A stretch of 64,000 nucleotides of DNA, taken from positions 1,403,888 to 1,467,887 of the forward strand of contig OZ220736.1 in assembly GCA_965116825.1 (NCBI GenBank), written 5' to 3'. The notes beneath the pieces are model-generated. The model was not told the origin of the DNA. It ran no database searches and worked only from the letters and a program-made list of their open reading frames with translations. How positions within the stretch are numbered: position 1 is the stretch's first letter; every line of letters starts with the position of its first letter. Positions 1-10,430 of this stretch are shown here, piece by piece. The translations under genes were made by a program, and so were the position numbers. This DNA comes from Vicinamibacterales bacterium (GTDB lineage Bacteria > Acidobacteriota > Vicinamibacteria > Vicinamibacterales > UBA8438).

Positions 1-49
1 CGCGACGCCCCGGACGGCCCGTCCTCGCGGCGGCTCGGGCGGTAGTGCG

Positions 50-289
50 TCATCCGGCGGCGGCAGAACGGGAGGTACGCGCGTCACCTCCGGTGGCTTC
101 ACCCGGGGTGGCGGTGGTGGTGGTGGCGGCGCCACGAGCAGCAGTGGGGGCAGCAGCAGTGGGGGCAGCAGCAGTGGGGGCAGCAGCAGCGGGGGCAGCA
201 GCAGCGGGGGCGGCCGGGCCGTCCCGCGCCGGTAACCGGAACCCGGCGTCCAGGGCCTCCTCCGCCGAGGGCGGCCCTGGACGACTCAT
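50..289 (-). CDS. small Ala/Pro/Thr-repeat protein (hypothetical), possibly coupled to the upstream cyclase gene
   Basis: The ATG at 289..287 overlaps the TGA stop of the 286..1197 gene (ATGA). The frame is the 3' part of track ORF 50..904 and reads MSRPGPPSAEEALDAGF...PAAAAPAAAAPTAAAPTAAAPTAA.... The repeat is encoded by the 15-bp tandem array. No family recognised; it may be non-coding. Confidence 0.3.
   Translation of the reverse strand: MSRPGPPSAEEALDAGFRLPARDGPAAPAAAAPAAAAPTAAAPTAAAPTAARGAATTTTATPGEATGGDARTSRSAAAG
135..209. repeat. tandem repeat, 5 copies of the 15-bp unit GCAGCAGCAGYGGGG
   Basis: Read directly. Copies are at 135-149 (two mismatches), 150-164, 165-179, 180-194 and 195-209. 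Copies 4 and 5 carry T>C. Confidence 0.9.
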
Positions 290-1197
290 TCCTCGAACGT
301 CACCTCGAACATCTTCGGCCACAGCTTGCCGGTGATGTAGAAGGTTTCGGCGCCGGGGTCGTACGCGATGCCGTTGAGCACGTCGACCCCGCGCGCTTCC
401 TCCCGCGTGAGAAGCCCCGATGCCTCGATGTAGTGCGTCACGCGGCCGGTATCCGGGTCGATGCGGACCAGGAAGTCCGTCTGATAGACGTTGGCGTAGA
501 CGGCGTCGCCGACGCACTCGAGCTCGTTGAGTTGCGTGAGCGGGAAGCCGCGCAACGTGACCGGGACGTCGCCGAGCACCTCGAACGTCCGGAGGTCGCG
601 AAACGTCAACCGGTTCGAGCCGTTGCTCATCACCAGCCGGTTGCCGTCGTTGCACAACCCCCACCCTTCCCCGTCGTAGCGAAACGTTCGCTGTTCGTCG
701 AAGCGGTCGAGGCCGAAGACGAACGCCCGCTGCGCCTTCCAGGTCAGCATGATCAGGCGGTCGTCGACCCGGGCGAGGCCCTCGCCGAAGTACGCGGGCG
801 AGATGTCGAGCTCCTGCTCGACGTCTCCGGTCTCCGGATCGAGCCGCCGCAAATCGGAGCTGCCGTACTGTCCCGTGCTCTCGTAGAGCCTTCCGCCCCA
901 CCACAGCAGACCCTGGGTGTAGGCGCTGGTGTCGTGCGGAAACGCGCGGTGGACCTTCACCGAGAGCGACTGGACGACCGATGCCGGCTGTGCGGCAGTC
1001 GTCTCGGTCGGGGCCGACGCCAGGAACACCCAGCCGCCCGCCGCCAGCGCAACCAGTCCGAGCGCCACGACCAGCGATCTCGACGTCCGCCCGCCGATCC
1101 GGCCACCGGCAGCAACCGACCCGGCCGGCCGCCCCGGACGGCTACGCGCCGCCCGCTTCTTCGCGTTGGAACTCACCGGCTTCCTCCAGCCACCCAT
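286..1197 (-). CDS. glutaminyl-peptide cyclotransferase (beta-propeller, plant/bacterial type), membrane-anchored
   Basis: Track ORF of 303 aa. It has an N-terminal hydrophobic anchor (LVVALGLVALAAGGWVFLA). QC-like sequence follows (YTQGLLWWGGRLYESTGQYG; NGIAYDP..FYITGKLWPKMFEV). Confidence 0.8.
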   Translation of the reverse strand: MGGWRKPVSSNAKKRAARSRPGRPAGSVAAGGRIGGRTSRSLVVALGLVALAAGGWVFLASAPTETTAAQPASVVQSLSVKVHRAFPHDTSAYTQGLLWWGGRLYESTGQYGSSDLRRLDPETGDVEQELDISPAYFGEGLARVDDRLIMLTWKAQRAFVFGLDRFDEQRTFRYDGEGWGLCNDGNRLVMSNGSNRLTFRDLRTFEVLGDVPVTLRGFPLTQLNELECVGDAVYANVYQTDFLVRIDPDTGRVTHYIEASGLLTREEARGVDVLNGIAYDPGAETFYITGKLWPKMFEVTFEE

Positions 1198-1215
1198 TCT
1201 GCCACAGGCCCGAAC

Positions 1216-4200
1216 CTACACCTGCATCAGCACCGCGCCGGCCGGCTCGCCGGTGGCGCGCGTGATCATCTCGGCGTAGAGAACGACCTGGCGGCGGTAG
1301 ACGTCGATGGCGCCGTCCGCTTCCTCCAGGTCGCGATCGGTCTTGTAGTCGACGACGGTCCACGCCCCCTCCTCCCGAAAGGCCACGTCGACGACCCCCT
1401 CGATCAGCACGCCGTCGTCCGCCCGCATGCTCACCGGCGCCTCGCGGCGGCACTCGCCGCGCCGTGCGGCGGCGCGCGCGCGCGCCAGGAGCGGGTGAGA
1501 CAGCACGCGCCCCGCGACGTCGGCCGCCGCGGCGACCTCGTCATCGGTCGCGCCGAACACCCGGCCGTGCAACCGCGCAATCTCTTCCACCGGCGCCGGC
1601 CGGCCGTCCGGGACGTCGAGCGGCACGCTGGCGAGCACGGCGTGGACCAGAGAGCCGAAGCGCTTGCCGGCCGGCCGCGCCGCCGCGCGTTCGAGCTCCA
1701 CCACGGTCACGGCGTGCGGCTCCGCATCCGGCCCGGCGCCACTACCCCCTCCAGCGCCGGGAAGCGCGGGGCCGCCGACCGGTGGTCCAGGGTGGCCGGT
1801 CCGCTCCGCGGTCCCCGCTCGCGCCCGCTCGGTCGCCGTCGCCAGCACGAGGCTCGGGCGAGCGGCCCGCTCGACGGTGCCCTCGCGGCGCCGCCGCCAC
1901 GTCCGGTAGCGTTCGAGATCCGCTTCGACCACGTCGTCCGGGGCATCCTTCGACAGCAGCTCCTCCCGGCGTATGCCCACCGGCGCCCCGGCGCCGAGCG
2001 CGAGCTGGTGCGGGTCCCACCAGACCGCCGCATAGGCGGCATCGTCCGATCCCGTCGCGGACGCCGCCGGGCTGCGGAACGGGACCACGTTGTCCGCGGC
2101 CGTACGGCTCTTCCGGCCGGCGCCGGGGTCTTCGCCCAGTTCCCGGAACTTGTGCAGGCCCGGCACCACCGTGTCGTTGCCGGCCGGATCGCCGTCCGAT
2201 CGGTCCAGCACGGAATCGCGGCCGAAACGAGGACACCCCGGCGCCGCCCGTGGGTTGCGCCGGCCCTGAAGCGGCGGATAGACGGCCGAATAGAGAGGAC
2301 TCGCCCACGCGCTGCGCAGGGGGTGGCGGGGGCCGGCGTCGGGCTCGCCGCCGGGGCCGATCCAGTCGTCCAGCTCCGGGGCATCGCCCACTGCGGGCAC
2401 CACCAGCAGGTCGCGCGCGCGGGTCGCGGCCACGTAGGCCAGACGCACCCCCTCCTCGCGGTCGCGCTCGATCTCCTCCTGCTGGTGATCGAGCAGGTCG
2501 AGCGGCGACCAGCCCGCGAGCCGGAGCGCGCACAGGCCGCTCGCCGAGTCGATGAAGCGGCCGGCCGTCGTCCGGTAGAGCCGCGCGGTCGGGTCGCCCA
2601 GGACGACCACCGGAAACTCCAGACCCTTGGCCCCGTGCACGGTCATGATCCGCGCGCCGTCGCTGCCCTCTTCGAGGATCGGCGCCTCGCCCGCCTGGCG
2701 TTCGGCCGCCTCGTCTCTCAGATGCTCGATGAACCCGCGGAACGAGAGCCCGCCGCCGGCCTCGTAGTCGCGCGCCAACTCACCGATCTGGAGCACGTTG
2801 GCGAGCACCTGCTCCCCGGCCCGCTGCATCACGAACGCGGCGTGCGCGCGGGTCTCCTCCAGAAGCTGCCCGATGGTCCGGGCGATCGGCACGTCGTTGC
2901 GCTGCCGGTGGAGCCGGCTCAGCAGATCGAGGGCGTCCGTGATCGGGAGGAAGCGATCCGCGCAATCCCCCTCTCCGGCCGCCGCGTCGGTGGGAATCCG
3001 GAACGGATGGAGGCGCCGGAAGCGATGCCGGTAGGCAAAGAGCGTTTCGTCGTCGACGGCGAACAGCGGCCCCCGTAGCGTCGCGAACACGGAGAGCTCG
3101 TCGTCGGGCCACTCGATCGCGGCCAGCGCCGCGCGCAGGGCTCCCACCTCTTCGCGATCGTGAAACGACCGGCCGCCGACCAGCAGATGCCGGATACCGC
3201 GCGCTTCGAAAGCGTCGACGTAGGGGCGCGTCACGTCGGCGCCCCAACTGTCGAACCGGCGGAACAGGACGGCGACGTGCCGCGGCTCGACGGGAACACG
3301 CTCCGGCGCGGCTCCCGCCGCGGCCGGCCCCGCCGTTCGCTCCGTCACCGTCCACCCGCTCTCGCGCACCATCCAGTCGACGAACGCACCGACGGCGTCG
3401 GGAAGGGACGCCTCGATGGCCCTCCCGGTCATGCGGCCCCGGAAACCGTACGGACTCGGGACCGGCAGCGCCACCACCGCCGGCTGCGACGGCTCGTCCT
3501 CGCGGTGCGGGGCCAGCGGGACGTAGCCGGGGCGCGACGCGGCCGCCGACGCGTCCTCGGCCGGGCTCATCAGCGGCGCGAACGCGCGGTTGACCAGGCG
3601 CTGGATGGCCGGCACGGCCCGAAAGCTCGTGGACAGCGCGATGCTCGCCACGCCGCACCGGCCCAGTTGCTCGGTCACTTGCCGGTAGACCCCGACGTCG
3701 GCGCGCCGGAAGCGGTAGATCGACTGCTTGGGGTCTCCGACCAGGAAGAGCTTGCCCGGCCCGGGGGTCACCTTGCGCCAGTCGCGCTCGTCGGGATCGC
3801 CCGACGCCAGCAGCAGCAGGATCTCGGCCTGCAGCGGATCGGTGTCCTGGAACTCGTCGACGAAGATGCGCGCATAGCGTTGCTGCGCGTCGTGGCGCAC
3901 GCCGTCGCGGCCGCGGATCAGATCCCGCGCCTTCAGCAGCAGATCGACGAAGTCGAGACGACCCGCCTCGATCTTCAGCCGGTCGTAGCGCTCGATGGGA
4001 TCGCGCAGCTCCGCCTGCAGGTGCGCCGCCAGATCGGCGTCGGCCACCTTCGCGAACCGTTGCAGCACGTCCACCATCTTCGTGTGTCTATCGAGCACGT
4101 GGGCGCGGGTGAGGTTGCCGCCGTACTGCGTGCCGGCACCCCGCCGGGGCTGCGTGAAGTCCCGGTTCGCGGCCAGCTCGACGAGCTGGGCCTCGATACC

Positions 4201-5052
4201 GTCGTAGTCGCGCCGGCGCGGCCGGACGGCGTCGGTCGCCCAAATCGACTGCACGAGGGCGCGGGCCGGCTGCGTGGCCAGAAACAGCCGGTCGCTCCGG
4301 CGGTTGGCGGCCTTGTCGGTCAACTCCGCGAACTCTCTGAGGTGTGCCACCACCTGGTCGACGATGGCCTCGCGCGGAAAGCTCTCCCGGCGCCAGGGCC
4401 GTGTGAAGTCGCGCCATTCCGCAAGCTGCCACGCAGCGCGGCGCAAGCGGTCGGTCGGCCCCGTGTCCGCGGCCGGGGACTCTTCGAATCGGAACAGCGC
4501 GGAGCGGCGGCGCAGGGCCCGGCGGACGCCCGGCGGCTGGTCGTCGAGGGCGCCGTGCAGCCACGTCTCGAAGGCCTGCCGGAACATGCGTTGGGCGGCC
4601 CCGTCGTCCAATACCTCGAAGCGCGGATCGACCCCCGCCTCGACCGGCCGTTCGCGCAGCAGATCCGCACAGAACCCGTGGATCGTGCTGACCTGCGCCT
4701 CCTCCAGGTGCGCGATGGCGTGGTCGAGATGCGTCGCGGCATCGCCGGCTGCCGCATCGGCCGCGGCGCCGGCGGCGTCGGGGCCCGTGGAGGACTTCCT
4801 CGCACGTTCGAGCCCCTCGCGCAAACGGAGCTTCAACTCCCCGGCGGCCTTCTCTGTAAAGGTGACGGCCAGAATCCGGTCGACCGCTGCGTCTCCACGA
4901 GCCAGCACCTCGACAATGCGGGCGACCAGCTCGCTGGTCTTGCCGGTGCCGGCAGCCGCCTCGACGACCAGCGACTCGCCGAGCGACTCCCGGATCCGCG
5001 TCCGGGCGTCGGCGTCTGCAAGCGGCGACCCGCTCATCGCGCCCCCCGCCAC
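1216..5052 (-). CDS. addA: UvrD/PcrA-family helicase with C-terminal PD-(D/E)XK nuclease (AddA-like)
   Basis: Walker A motif [14 protein letters not shown]. UvrD motifs ([26 protein letters not shown]). C-terminal nuclease motif [21 protein letters not shown]. Confidence 0.85.
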   Translation of the reverse strand: MAGGAMSGSPLADADARTRIRESLGESLVVEAAAGTGKTSELVARIVEVLARGDAAVDRILAVTFTEKAAGELKLRLREGLERARKSSTGPDAAGAAADAAAGDAATHLDHAIAHLEEAQVSTIHGFCADLLRERPVEAGVDPRFEVLDDGAAQRMFRQAFETWLHGALDDQPPGVRRALRRRSALFRFEESPAADTGPTDRLRRAAWQLAEWRDFTRPWRRESFPREAIVDQVVAHLREFAELTDKAANRRSDRLFLATQPARALVQSIWATDAVRPRRRDYDGIEAQLVELAANRDFTQPRRGAGTQYGGNLTRAHVLDRHTKMVDVLQRFAKVADADLAAHLQAELRDPIERYDRLKIEAGRLDFVDLLLKARDLIRGRDGVRHDAQQRYARIFVDEFQDTDPLQAEILLLLASGDPDERDWRKVTPGPGKLFLVGDPKQSIYRFRRADVGVYRQVTEQLGRCGVASIALSTSFRAVPAIQRLVNRAFAPLMSPAEDASAAASRPGYVPLAPHREDEPSQPAVVALPVPSPYGFRGRMTGRAIEASLPDAVGAFVDWMVRESGWTVTERTAGPAAAGAAPERVPVEPRHVAVLFRRFDSWGADVTRPYVDAFEARGIRHLLVGGRSFHDREEVGALRAALAAIEWPDDELSVFATLRGPLFAVDDETLFAYRHRFRRLHPFRIPTDAAAGEGDCADRFLPITDALDLLSRLHRQRNDVPIARTIGQLLEETRAHAAFVMQRAGEQVLANVLQIGELARDYEAGGGLSFRGFIEHLRDEAAERQAGEAPILEEGSDGARIMTVHGAKGLEFPVVVLGDPTARLYRTTAGRFIDSASGLCALRLAGWSPLDLLDHQQEEIERDREEGVRLAYVAATRARDLLVVPAVGDAPELDDWIGPGGEPDAGPRHPLRSAWASPLYSAVYPPLQGRRNPRAAPGCPRFGRDSVLDRSDGDPAGNDTVVPGLHKFRELGEDPGAGRKSRTAADNVVPFRSPAASATGSDDAAYAAVWWDPHQLALGAGAPVGIRREELLSKDAPDDVVEADLERYRTWRRRREGTVERAARPSLVLATATERARAGTAERTGHPGPPVGGPALPGAGGGSGAGPDAEPHAVTVVELERAAARPAGKRFGSLVHAVLASVPLDVPDGRPAPVEEIARLHGRVFGATDDEVAAAADVAGRVLSHPLLARARAAARRGECRREAPVSMRADDGVLIEGVVDVAFREEGAWTVVDYKTDRDLEEADGAIDVYRRQVVLYAEMITRATGEPAGAVLMQV

Positions 5053-5092
5053 CGGCCCGCCGCCCCGGCCGCCCCCCGCGTCGTCGCGCCGC

Positions 5093-8000
5093 TCACGGCA
5101 AGTCCCGCAACATTGTCAGGTCAGCCAATAGAGACGCCGCCGCCGGGGCACCCGCGCCTCGCTCGGATCCGCGCCGCGGCCAGTGCTTGGCCGCCGTGCG
5201 TCGTTCTTCCCAGGGCCCGCACACGACCTGAAAGTCGCACCACCGGCACGCACCCTGCCGGGGCGCCGGCAGCAGCGCGCCGGCTTCGACCGCCCGGTCC
5301 ACGATCTCCAGCACCTCGGTCCCGGCGCGGCGCGCGCCGTCGTCGAGCGCGACGACCCGCTGCTCGTAGCGGCCCGCCGCGGTGCAGAACGACAGCCGCG
5401 ATTCGCGCACGGGGCGGCCCAGCGTCCCCTCCACGGCCAGCCCGTAGAGGACCGGCTGCAGCGTCTCGCCGCCTCCGACCACCATCCCCTCCCGCGTCCG
5501 GTTCCGGCCGGTCTTGTGATCCGTCACACGCAGCTCGCCGCGCGCCGTCGGCCTCGCCCTGGCCTCGATCAAGTCCACGACGCCGCGCAGGAGCCAGCGG
5601 CCGTCGACCTGCACCGGCTCCGGCACGCTCTCCGGATCGCGCCCGTCCCCCGGCGGCAGTCCGAAACCGAGCTCGGCGTGCATCGGAATCCACTCGCCGT
5701 CCTCGTTCGCAACGTGCCGCACCCAGCCCTTGAGATCGCCGCGCAGCGCCTCGATCTCGTCCCGCCACACGCGCTCTATCGCTGGCGCGAGCTGCTCGGC
5801 ATAGGCGGCCGCCACGCGATTCAGCACCTCGTCGACCACCCCCTCGGCGGCGGGAACGCGCGCGGGGGTCACCGGCAGCTCCGCCCGGCGTTCCAGCGTC
5901 CTTACGAGATCCGCCTGCACCTCGTGAAACAGCCGGCCGCGGGTCAACGGATCCAGGTGCTCCAGGGGCGGCTCGATCTCCTCCCGGGGGCGCAGGCGGT
6001 GCACCGACGAGAGCAGGAACTTGTACGGGCAGACCGCGAAGGTCTGCAGCGCAGACGGCGAGTAGGGCCTGGCGTCGAGCCGGTGCCCGGCGAGCATCTC
6101 CTTCGTGGCGTCGTCGATCTCGCACAGCCCGTCGTGGCGCGACCAGGCGCGCTTCCACCGGGCCCAGCGCGCGGCCAGCGCGCGCCGCAGCCCCGGGTTG
6201 AGGCGAAACAGGTACCGCGCCCGCCCGGCGACCTCGTCCTTCCCGCGTTCCGGCGCGAACAACTCTCTGAGCACGGCCAAGTCGTGCTCGGCGTCGTCGA
6301 TGGCGTGGTCCGGATCCAGCGGCGCCGGCCAGGCCAGTCGCGCCTCCACCCGCCGGAACGCCCGCCGCTCGACCTCGCGGAAGTCGGGAATGCGGCCGGT
6401 GCGCGCCCGCTCCACGTCGAGTGCGTAGAAGGACGGCACACGCGGGCGGGCCTTACCGACCTCCAGGCGCGGATACGAGAAATGGATGCGCTCCGTCGCG
6501 GCACCGACGGCCAGGCGCAGCAGCAGCTTCTCCTGGGCGTTCAGATCGTGCCGGTCGGGCAGCCCGAGCCGCGGCGTTCCGGCCGCCGCGGCGTTGATCG
6601 CGGCCCGGAGGTCGTCGAGCAGCAGGGGATCCTGGCGCCGCTTGTGGGGAAAGACCCGTTCCGCGAGGCCGGGAACGAACACGACCGAGAAACGTCGGCC
6701 CCGCACCTGTTCCGGATTCCCGACGAAGACGCGGCCGAAACGCCGCGCCGGCGGATCGGACCGCAACTCCGTCAGACGTTCGTGGAGTACGTCGCGCACG
6801 TCGGTGAGCGGCGCCGGCCCGACCTGCGCCATCGGCCGCAGATCGCCCAGCACGGCCAGCACGCGGTCGGGATCGGACAGCACCATCGGCGCCAGCTCTT
6901 CGAGGTGATCGAGCCATTCGCCCCAGAGCGCCTCCGCCGGCAACCCCGCCAGCCGGTCGATCACCGGGAGCGCGAAGCGCCGGAGATGCTCCAGATTCGC
7001 GCGGTCGCGTTCGAGGCCGGCCACGCGCGGCGATTCCGGATCCTCGGCCCGCAGCTCCGCCAGCTTCATGCCGAACTCGTGCGCCAGCCCGTTAAGCCGC
7101 CGCTCCCAGCGATCCCGGCCGCCCACGACCGCCGATTCGACCAGCAACCGCTCCCAGCGCGCCGGCGCGCGGAGCGTCCCCGCGAGGACCGGCTCGTCGT
7201 CGCCGTCGGCGCGATCCTGCCCCGGAGCATCCGCGCCGGCCGCGGGTTCCGCGAGGAGGTCGAGAAGCGACGCCTGCGCCGGACCCGGGGTCACCTCGGG
7301 GGCGCTGTCCGGCGGTACCCAGCGGCCCCGGTCGCCCGGCGGCCCCCCGTGGGCGTCGAGCCGAGGGACCTGGCCGAGGGAGAGGTACTCGGAGAAACGC
7401 CGGGCCGAGAGGCGTTCCGCGGCACAGGCAAGCAGCGCCAGGAATGCGCGGCCGGCGGGATCGGGAACGCGGGTGCCCCTGGCGAACCACGACCCGATGC
7501 CGGCGCGGTCGAGCGCCGTCTCGAGCAGTCCGGCGTACACGCCGGGCGACCGCAACAGCACCGCCATCCGATCGAAGGGCACCCCACGGGCCGCCTCCGC
7601 CAGGATGGAGCGTGCGATCTCGACCGCCTCGCGCCCCTCGCCGGGTGCCGAGAAGAAGGTGAGGGCCGGCGAGTCCGCCGCGTCGCCGGCCGGCGGCGGA
7701 TCGTCAGACGCGAACAGGAAGCGCCGGACGCGGTCCAGCGAGTCCGCCGCCGCGTCGGCCGCCGGGGCCGCGGTCTCCACCGCCCCCGGCAGGCGCCGGA
7801 GCGCGGCGAGCGTCCGGTCGTCGCCCTCCGGCACGGTCGCCAGGGCTTCTCCGGCCCGCCCGGCGAGCGCCGCCACGACGTCGAGCGTCGCCTCGTCGGC
7901 GACGGCGACGTCGAGCAGGACGAGCACACCATCGAGCGGCGCGCCCTCGCTGCCTCCGGCGCCCTCCCGCACGACCCGCGCCGCGGCGCGAAAGAGCCCG

Positions 8001-8536
8001 GCACCGTCGACGAGCCCGGCGTCGTCGAGAAGCCGGGCGTGGCGCCGAGCGAGCCGCGCGACGTCGGGGCCGCTCCGGTCCAGCTTGTGCGCGTGGTCGA
8101 CGTCGGTGTCCGCGTGGCGCAGATCGCGCAGGGTCGCCGCCAGCGTCCTGCCGAAGGAGCGGAACTCGGCGATCGGTTGCAGATAGTCGAGCGCCTCGCG
8201 CTTAGACTCCTCGAAGGCGGCGTGCGCCGCGACCGCCTCCATCGCCAGGCCGCTCGCCGGAGCGAGTCCGCGGCGGGCGAGATCGACGGTCGCAAGGCTC
8301 GCCGCGAGCTGACGCAGGCTGAACCGATGGAGCCCGAACGTCGCGCCGGCTTCCGCCGCGATATCGCGCGCGAGGTCGTCGACCGCCTCCCGGGTCTCGC
8401 CGACGAGCAACACCTCGCCACGACCGAGGCCGCGCCGAAGCGCATCGGCCGCAGCCTCGATGCGGGTCTCCGCCGCCGGGGTGGTCAGGATCGTGATACG
8501 CGGGGGCGGCGGCAAGCGGTCAGCACCTGAACACAA
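5093..8536 (-). CDS. addB: AddB-like PD-(D/E)XK nuclease subunit with Fe-S cysteine cluster
   Basis: C-terminal nuclease motif (VVDLIE...LRVTDHKTG). Cysteines FAVCPYKF...[11 protein letters not shown] are typical of the AddB iron-staple domain. It lies directly upstream of addA. The start is uncertain: the track start is a TTG immediately after the upstream stop. Confidence 0.8.
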   Translation of the reverse strand: MCSGADRLPPPPRITILTTPAAETRIEAAADALRRGLGRGEVLLVGETREAVDDLARDIAAEAGATFGLHRFSLRQLAASLATVDLARRGLAPASGLAMEAVAAHAAFEESKREALDYLQPIAEFRSFGRTLAATLRDLRHADTDVDHAHKLDRSGPDVARLARRHARLLDDAGLVDGAGLFRAAARVVREGAGGSEGAPLDGVLVLLDVAVADEATLDVVAALAGRAGEALATVPEGDDRTLAALRRLPGAVETAAPAADAAADSLDRVRRFLFASDDPPPAGDAADSPALTFFSAPGEGREAVEIARSILAEAARGVPFDRMAVLLRSPGVYAGLLETALDRAGIGSWFARGTRVPDPAGRAFLALLACAAERLSARRFSEYLSLGQVPRLDAHGGPPGDRGRWVPPDSAPEVTPGPAQASLLDLLAEPAAGADAPGQDRADGDDEPVLAGTLRAPARWERLLVESAVVGGRDRWERRLNGLAHEFGMKLAELRAEDPESPRVAGLERDRANLEHLRRFALPVIDRLAGLPAEALWGEWLDHLEELAPMVLSDPDRVLAVLGDLRPMAQVGPAPLTDVRDVLHERLTELRSDPPARRFGRVFVGNPEQVRGRRFSVVFVPGLAERVFPHKRRQDPLLLDDLRAAINAAAAGTPRLGLPDRHDLNAQEKLLLRLAVGAATERIHFSYPRLEVGKARPRVPSFYALDVERARTGRIPDFREVERRAFRRVEARLAWPAPLDPDHAIDDAEHDLAVLRELFAPERGKDEVAGRARYLFRLNPGLRRALAARWARWKRAWSRHDGLCEIDDATKEMLAGHRLDARPYSPSALQTFAVCPYKFLLSSVHRLRPREEIEPPLEHLDPLTRGRLFHEVQADLVRTLERRAELPVTPARVPAAEGVVDEVLNRVAAAYAEQLAPAIERVWRDEIEALRGDLKGWVRHVANEDGEWIPMHAELGFGLPPGDGRDPESVPEPVQVDGRWLLRGVVDLIEARARPTARGELRVTDHKTGRNRTREGMVVGGGETLQPVLYGLAVEGTLGRPVRESRLSFCTAAGRYEQRVVALDDGARRAGTEVLEIVDRAVEAGALLPAPRQGACRWCDFQVVCGPWEERRTAAKHWPRRGSERGAGAPAAASLLADLTMLRDLP

Positions 8537-8752
8537 CTAGAGCATGGGGTTTCGCGTCGCATCCCGCAGCGCGCGCCGGCACTGGTGGCAGAGATCGTGG
8601 CGCCGGTGCAGGTTGACCCGCCGCTTCCGCGCGTACCGGGAGCACAGCGCCTTGCGCTTGCCGCAACGGCGGCACAGCGTCTCCGGCCGTGTCGTTCTCG
8701 CCCTCGGTCCCTTCCGCTGATCGACATCTGCCGACATGTCCAGATTCACCAT
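8537..8752 (-). CDS. Arg-rich zinc-ribbon mini-protein (hypothetical)
   Basis: 71 aa with CRRCG...(~22 aa)...LCHQC. GGAGG lies about 6 nt upstream of the ATG (revcomp ...GGTGGAGGTGATCGATG). Third codon positions are strongly G/C. Its stop abuts the addB ORF. Confidence 0.55.
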   Translation of the reverse strand: MVNLDMSADVDQRKGPRARTTRPETLCRRCGKRKALCSRYARKRRVNLHRRHDLCHQCRRALRDATRNPML

Positions 8753-8810
8753 CGATCACCTCCACCGCTACACACGAACGGTCCGACGAGAGTCGTCGAC
8801 CGGATTGCCC

Positions 8811-9194
8811 TCACCCTGCCCCGATCGCGGCGCGGGCGGCCTTCTGGGCGCGCCGGCGCGATCGGGACAGCTTCCGGTACAGGGCTTCGGCCGAGAGCGC
8901 ATTCTCCCGCGACACGATCAATCCCCCCTTCGGCCGCACCGCGCCGGCCGGCTCGAGACCGGCGCGCGCCATTCGCCGTTGCCGCATGACCGCATGATGG
9001 CAACGGAGACAGAGCCGCGCCGGCCGGCGCCCGGACGCGCGTTCGATTGTCAGATGCGCCGGCACCCGCCCACAGACCACGCAGAGTCGGGCGGCGCCGC
9101 GACGCGGCTTGGCGAGAGGCCTGACCGCAACCGGCCATGGGCCATCATAGGTCAAGTCGAGCTGTGTTGCCGTCACTTCCCGGTGTTCCGCCAT
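8811..9194 (-). CDS. zinc-ribbon protein, paralogous in architecture to 8537..8752 (hypothetical)
   Basis: Internal ATG at 9194 (MAEHREVTATQ...). Contains CVVCG...(~21 aa)...LCLRCHH followed by a basic tail. An AAGGG lies upstream. Confidence 0.5.
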   Translation of the reverse strand: MAEHREVTATQLDLTYDGPWPVAVRPLAKPRRGAARLCVVCGRVPAHLTIERASGRRPARLCLRCHHAVMRQRRMARAGLEPAGAVRPKGGLIVSRENALSAEALYRKLSRSRRRAQKAARAAIGAG

Positions 9195-9401
9195 CGTCGT
9201 GCCCTTTCGATGGTCCGCGCCGCCCCACCTCCCCACACTGGAGCGTCGCCTCGCCGATTACGCCGCCCCCGGATGCCGGTGCGACCCGTTCGAGCCCTTC
9301 ACGCTACGGTCCCCTTCCCGATGAACCAAGCGTAGCGCGGGTGGGTGACAGGTCAGGTCACACCCTCGGTGGTTTTTTCGGCGGCGCCATTCGTCGCCTT
9401 T

Positions 9402-10424
9402 ATGATTGATACGCAGCCGGGGAGGGCGTGGTTGCCACGCAACGCCGAAGTCATCCGCCAGTGGACCATCCTGCGCGAGCTCGAAGCCTCGCGCGGCGTC
9501 ACCATCCGCCGGCTCGCCGAGACGACCGGGGTGACGACGCGCACGATTCGCCGCGACCTCGCGGCGCTGCAGGAGGCGGGCTTCCCGCTCTACGACGTGG
9601 CGGACGACGCGACGAAGCGGTGGAGGCTCGACACCCGCCCGTTCAGACGCCTCGACGACACGGCGTTCACGCTCGCGGAGCTGTCGGCCCTCTACTTCAG
9701 CCGCACGCTCGTCGACTGCTTCGCCGTCCCGCCGTTCGGACAGGACCTGCAAAGCGCGTTCGCCAAGCTGGAAGCCGCGCTCGGCCCGCGCATGCGGCAG
9801 TTCCTCGATCGCCTGCCGGACGTCATCCAGGCCAAGGCCGCGCCCGCGCGCCGGCTCGACGACCGGCAGCAACGTGCGAACATCGGCAGGCTGCTCGACG
9901 CGCTGTTGCACCAGCGCCGGCTGGACATGGATTACCACTCCCGCTCCAGCCGGCGCGAGAAGTCATACCGGATCGATCCCTACCGGCTGGTGTACGCCGA
10001 GGGCGGACTCTACCTCTTCGCCTACGTGCCGCGCTACGAGCAGGTACGCACGTTCGCGGTCGAGCGGATACGGCGCCTGACCCCGCTGGACGAGACCTTC
10101 GATCCGGTCGAGCAACTGGCCGAGGCCGCCTTCCCGCACTCCCTGGGCATCCATCAGGGCGCCCCCGAGCGGGTCGCGCTGGAGTTCGCGCCCGATCTGG
10201 CCCCTTATGTGCGAGAACGCATCTGGCACCCCTCGCAGAAGGTGGAGCCGCGGGAGGACGGGTCGGTCGGGGTCACGATGGACGTCTGCAACGACGGTGC
10301 GCTCCGAAGCTGGATCCTGAGCTTCGGACCGGGCGTGCGGGTGACGGCGCCGACCGCGCTCGCGCGGCAAATCGCGAACGACCTGGAGCAAGCGCGCGCC
10401 CGCTACGGCGGCCAGGAGCCCTGA
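9402..10424 (+). CDS. WYL-domain transcriptional regulator (wHTH-WYL-WCX)
   Basis: N-terminal HTH (VTIRRLAETTGVTTRTIRRDLAALQEAGFPLY). WYL-type core (YRIDPYRLVYAEGGLYLFAYVPRYEQVRTFAVERI). Start chosen at MIDTQ, since the track ORF begins at 9345. It is divergent from the Zn-ribbon/addBA genes. Confidence 0.8.
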   Translation: MIDTQPGRAWLPRNAEVIRQWTILRELEASRGVTIRRLAETTGVTTRTIRRDLAALQEAGFPLYDVADDATKRWRLDTRPFRRLDDTAFTLAELSALYFSRTLVDCFAVPPFGQDLQSAFAKLEAALGPRMRQFLDRLPDVIQAKAAPARRLDDRQQRANIGRLLDALLHQRRLDMDYHSRSSRREKSYRIDPYRLVYAEGGLYLFAYVPRYEQVRTFAVERIRRLTPLDETFDPVEQLAEAAFPHSLGIHQGAPERVALEFAPDLAPYVRERIWHPSQKVEPREDGSVGVTMDVCNDGALRSWILSFGPGVRVTAPTALARQIANDLEQARARYGGQEP

Positions 10425-10430
10425 CGCCCG

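Noticed and set aside
135-209. Tandem repeat considered as a CRISPR array
   Set aside because: The units are contiguous 15-mers with no spacers, and no cas genes are present. It is a minisatellite.
433-8530. Very long plus-strand ORFs (433..3078, 3160..5733, 5183..8530) opposite the cyclase/addA/addB genes
   Set aside because: The translations are Arg/Pro/Ala/Gly-rich low-information sequence with no motifs. They mirror well-supported minus-strand genes and are classic high-GC antisense shadow ORFs.
1216-8536. The AddA/AddB-like pair as a novel helicase-nuclease defence system
   Set aside because: The domain order, nuclease motifs and Fe-S cysteines match ordinary AddAB/AdnAB-type recombination-repair enzymes. 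Only the flanking Zn-ribbon ORFs are unusual.
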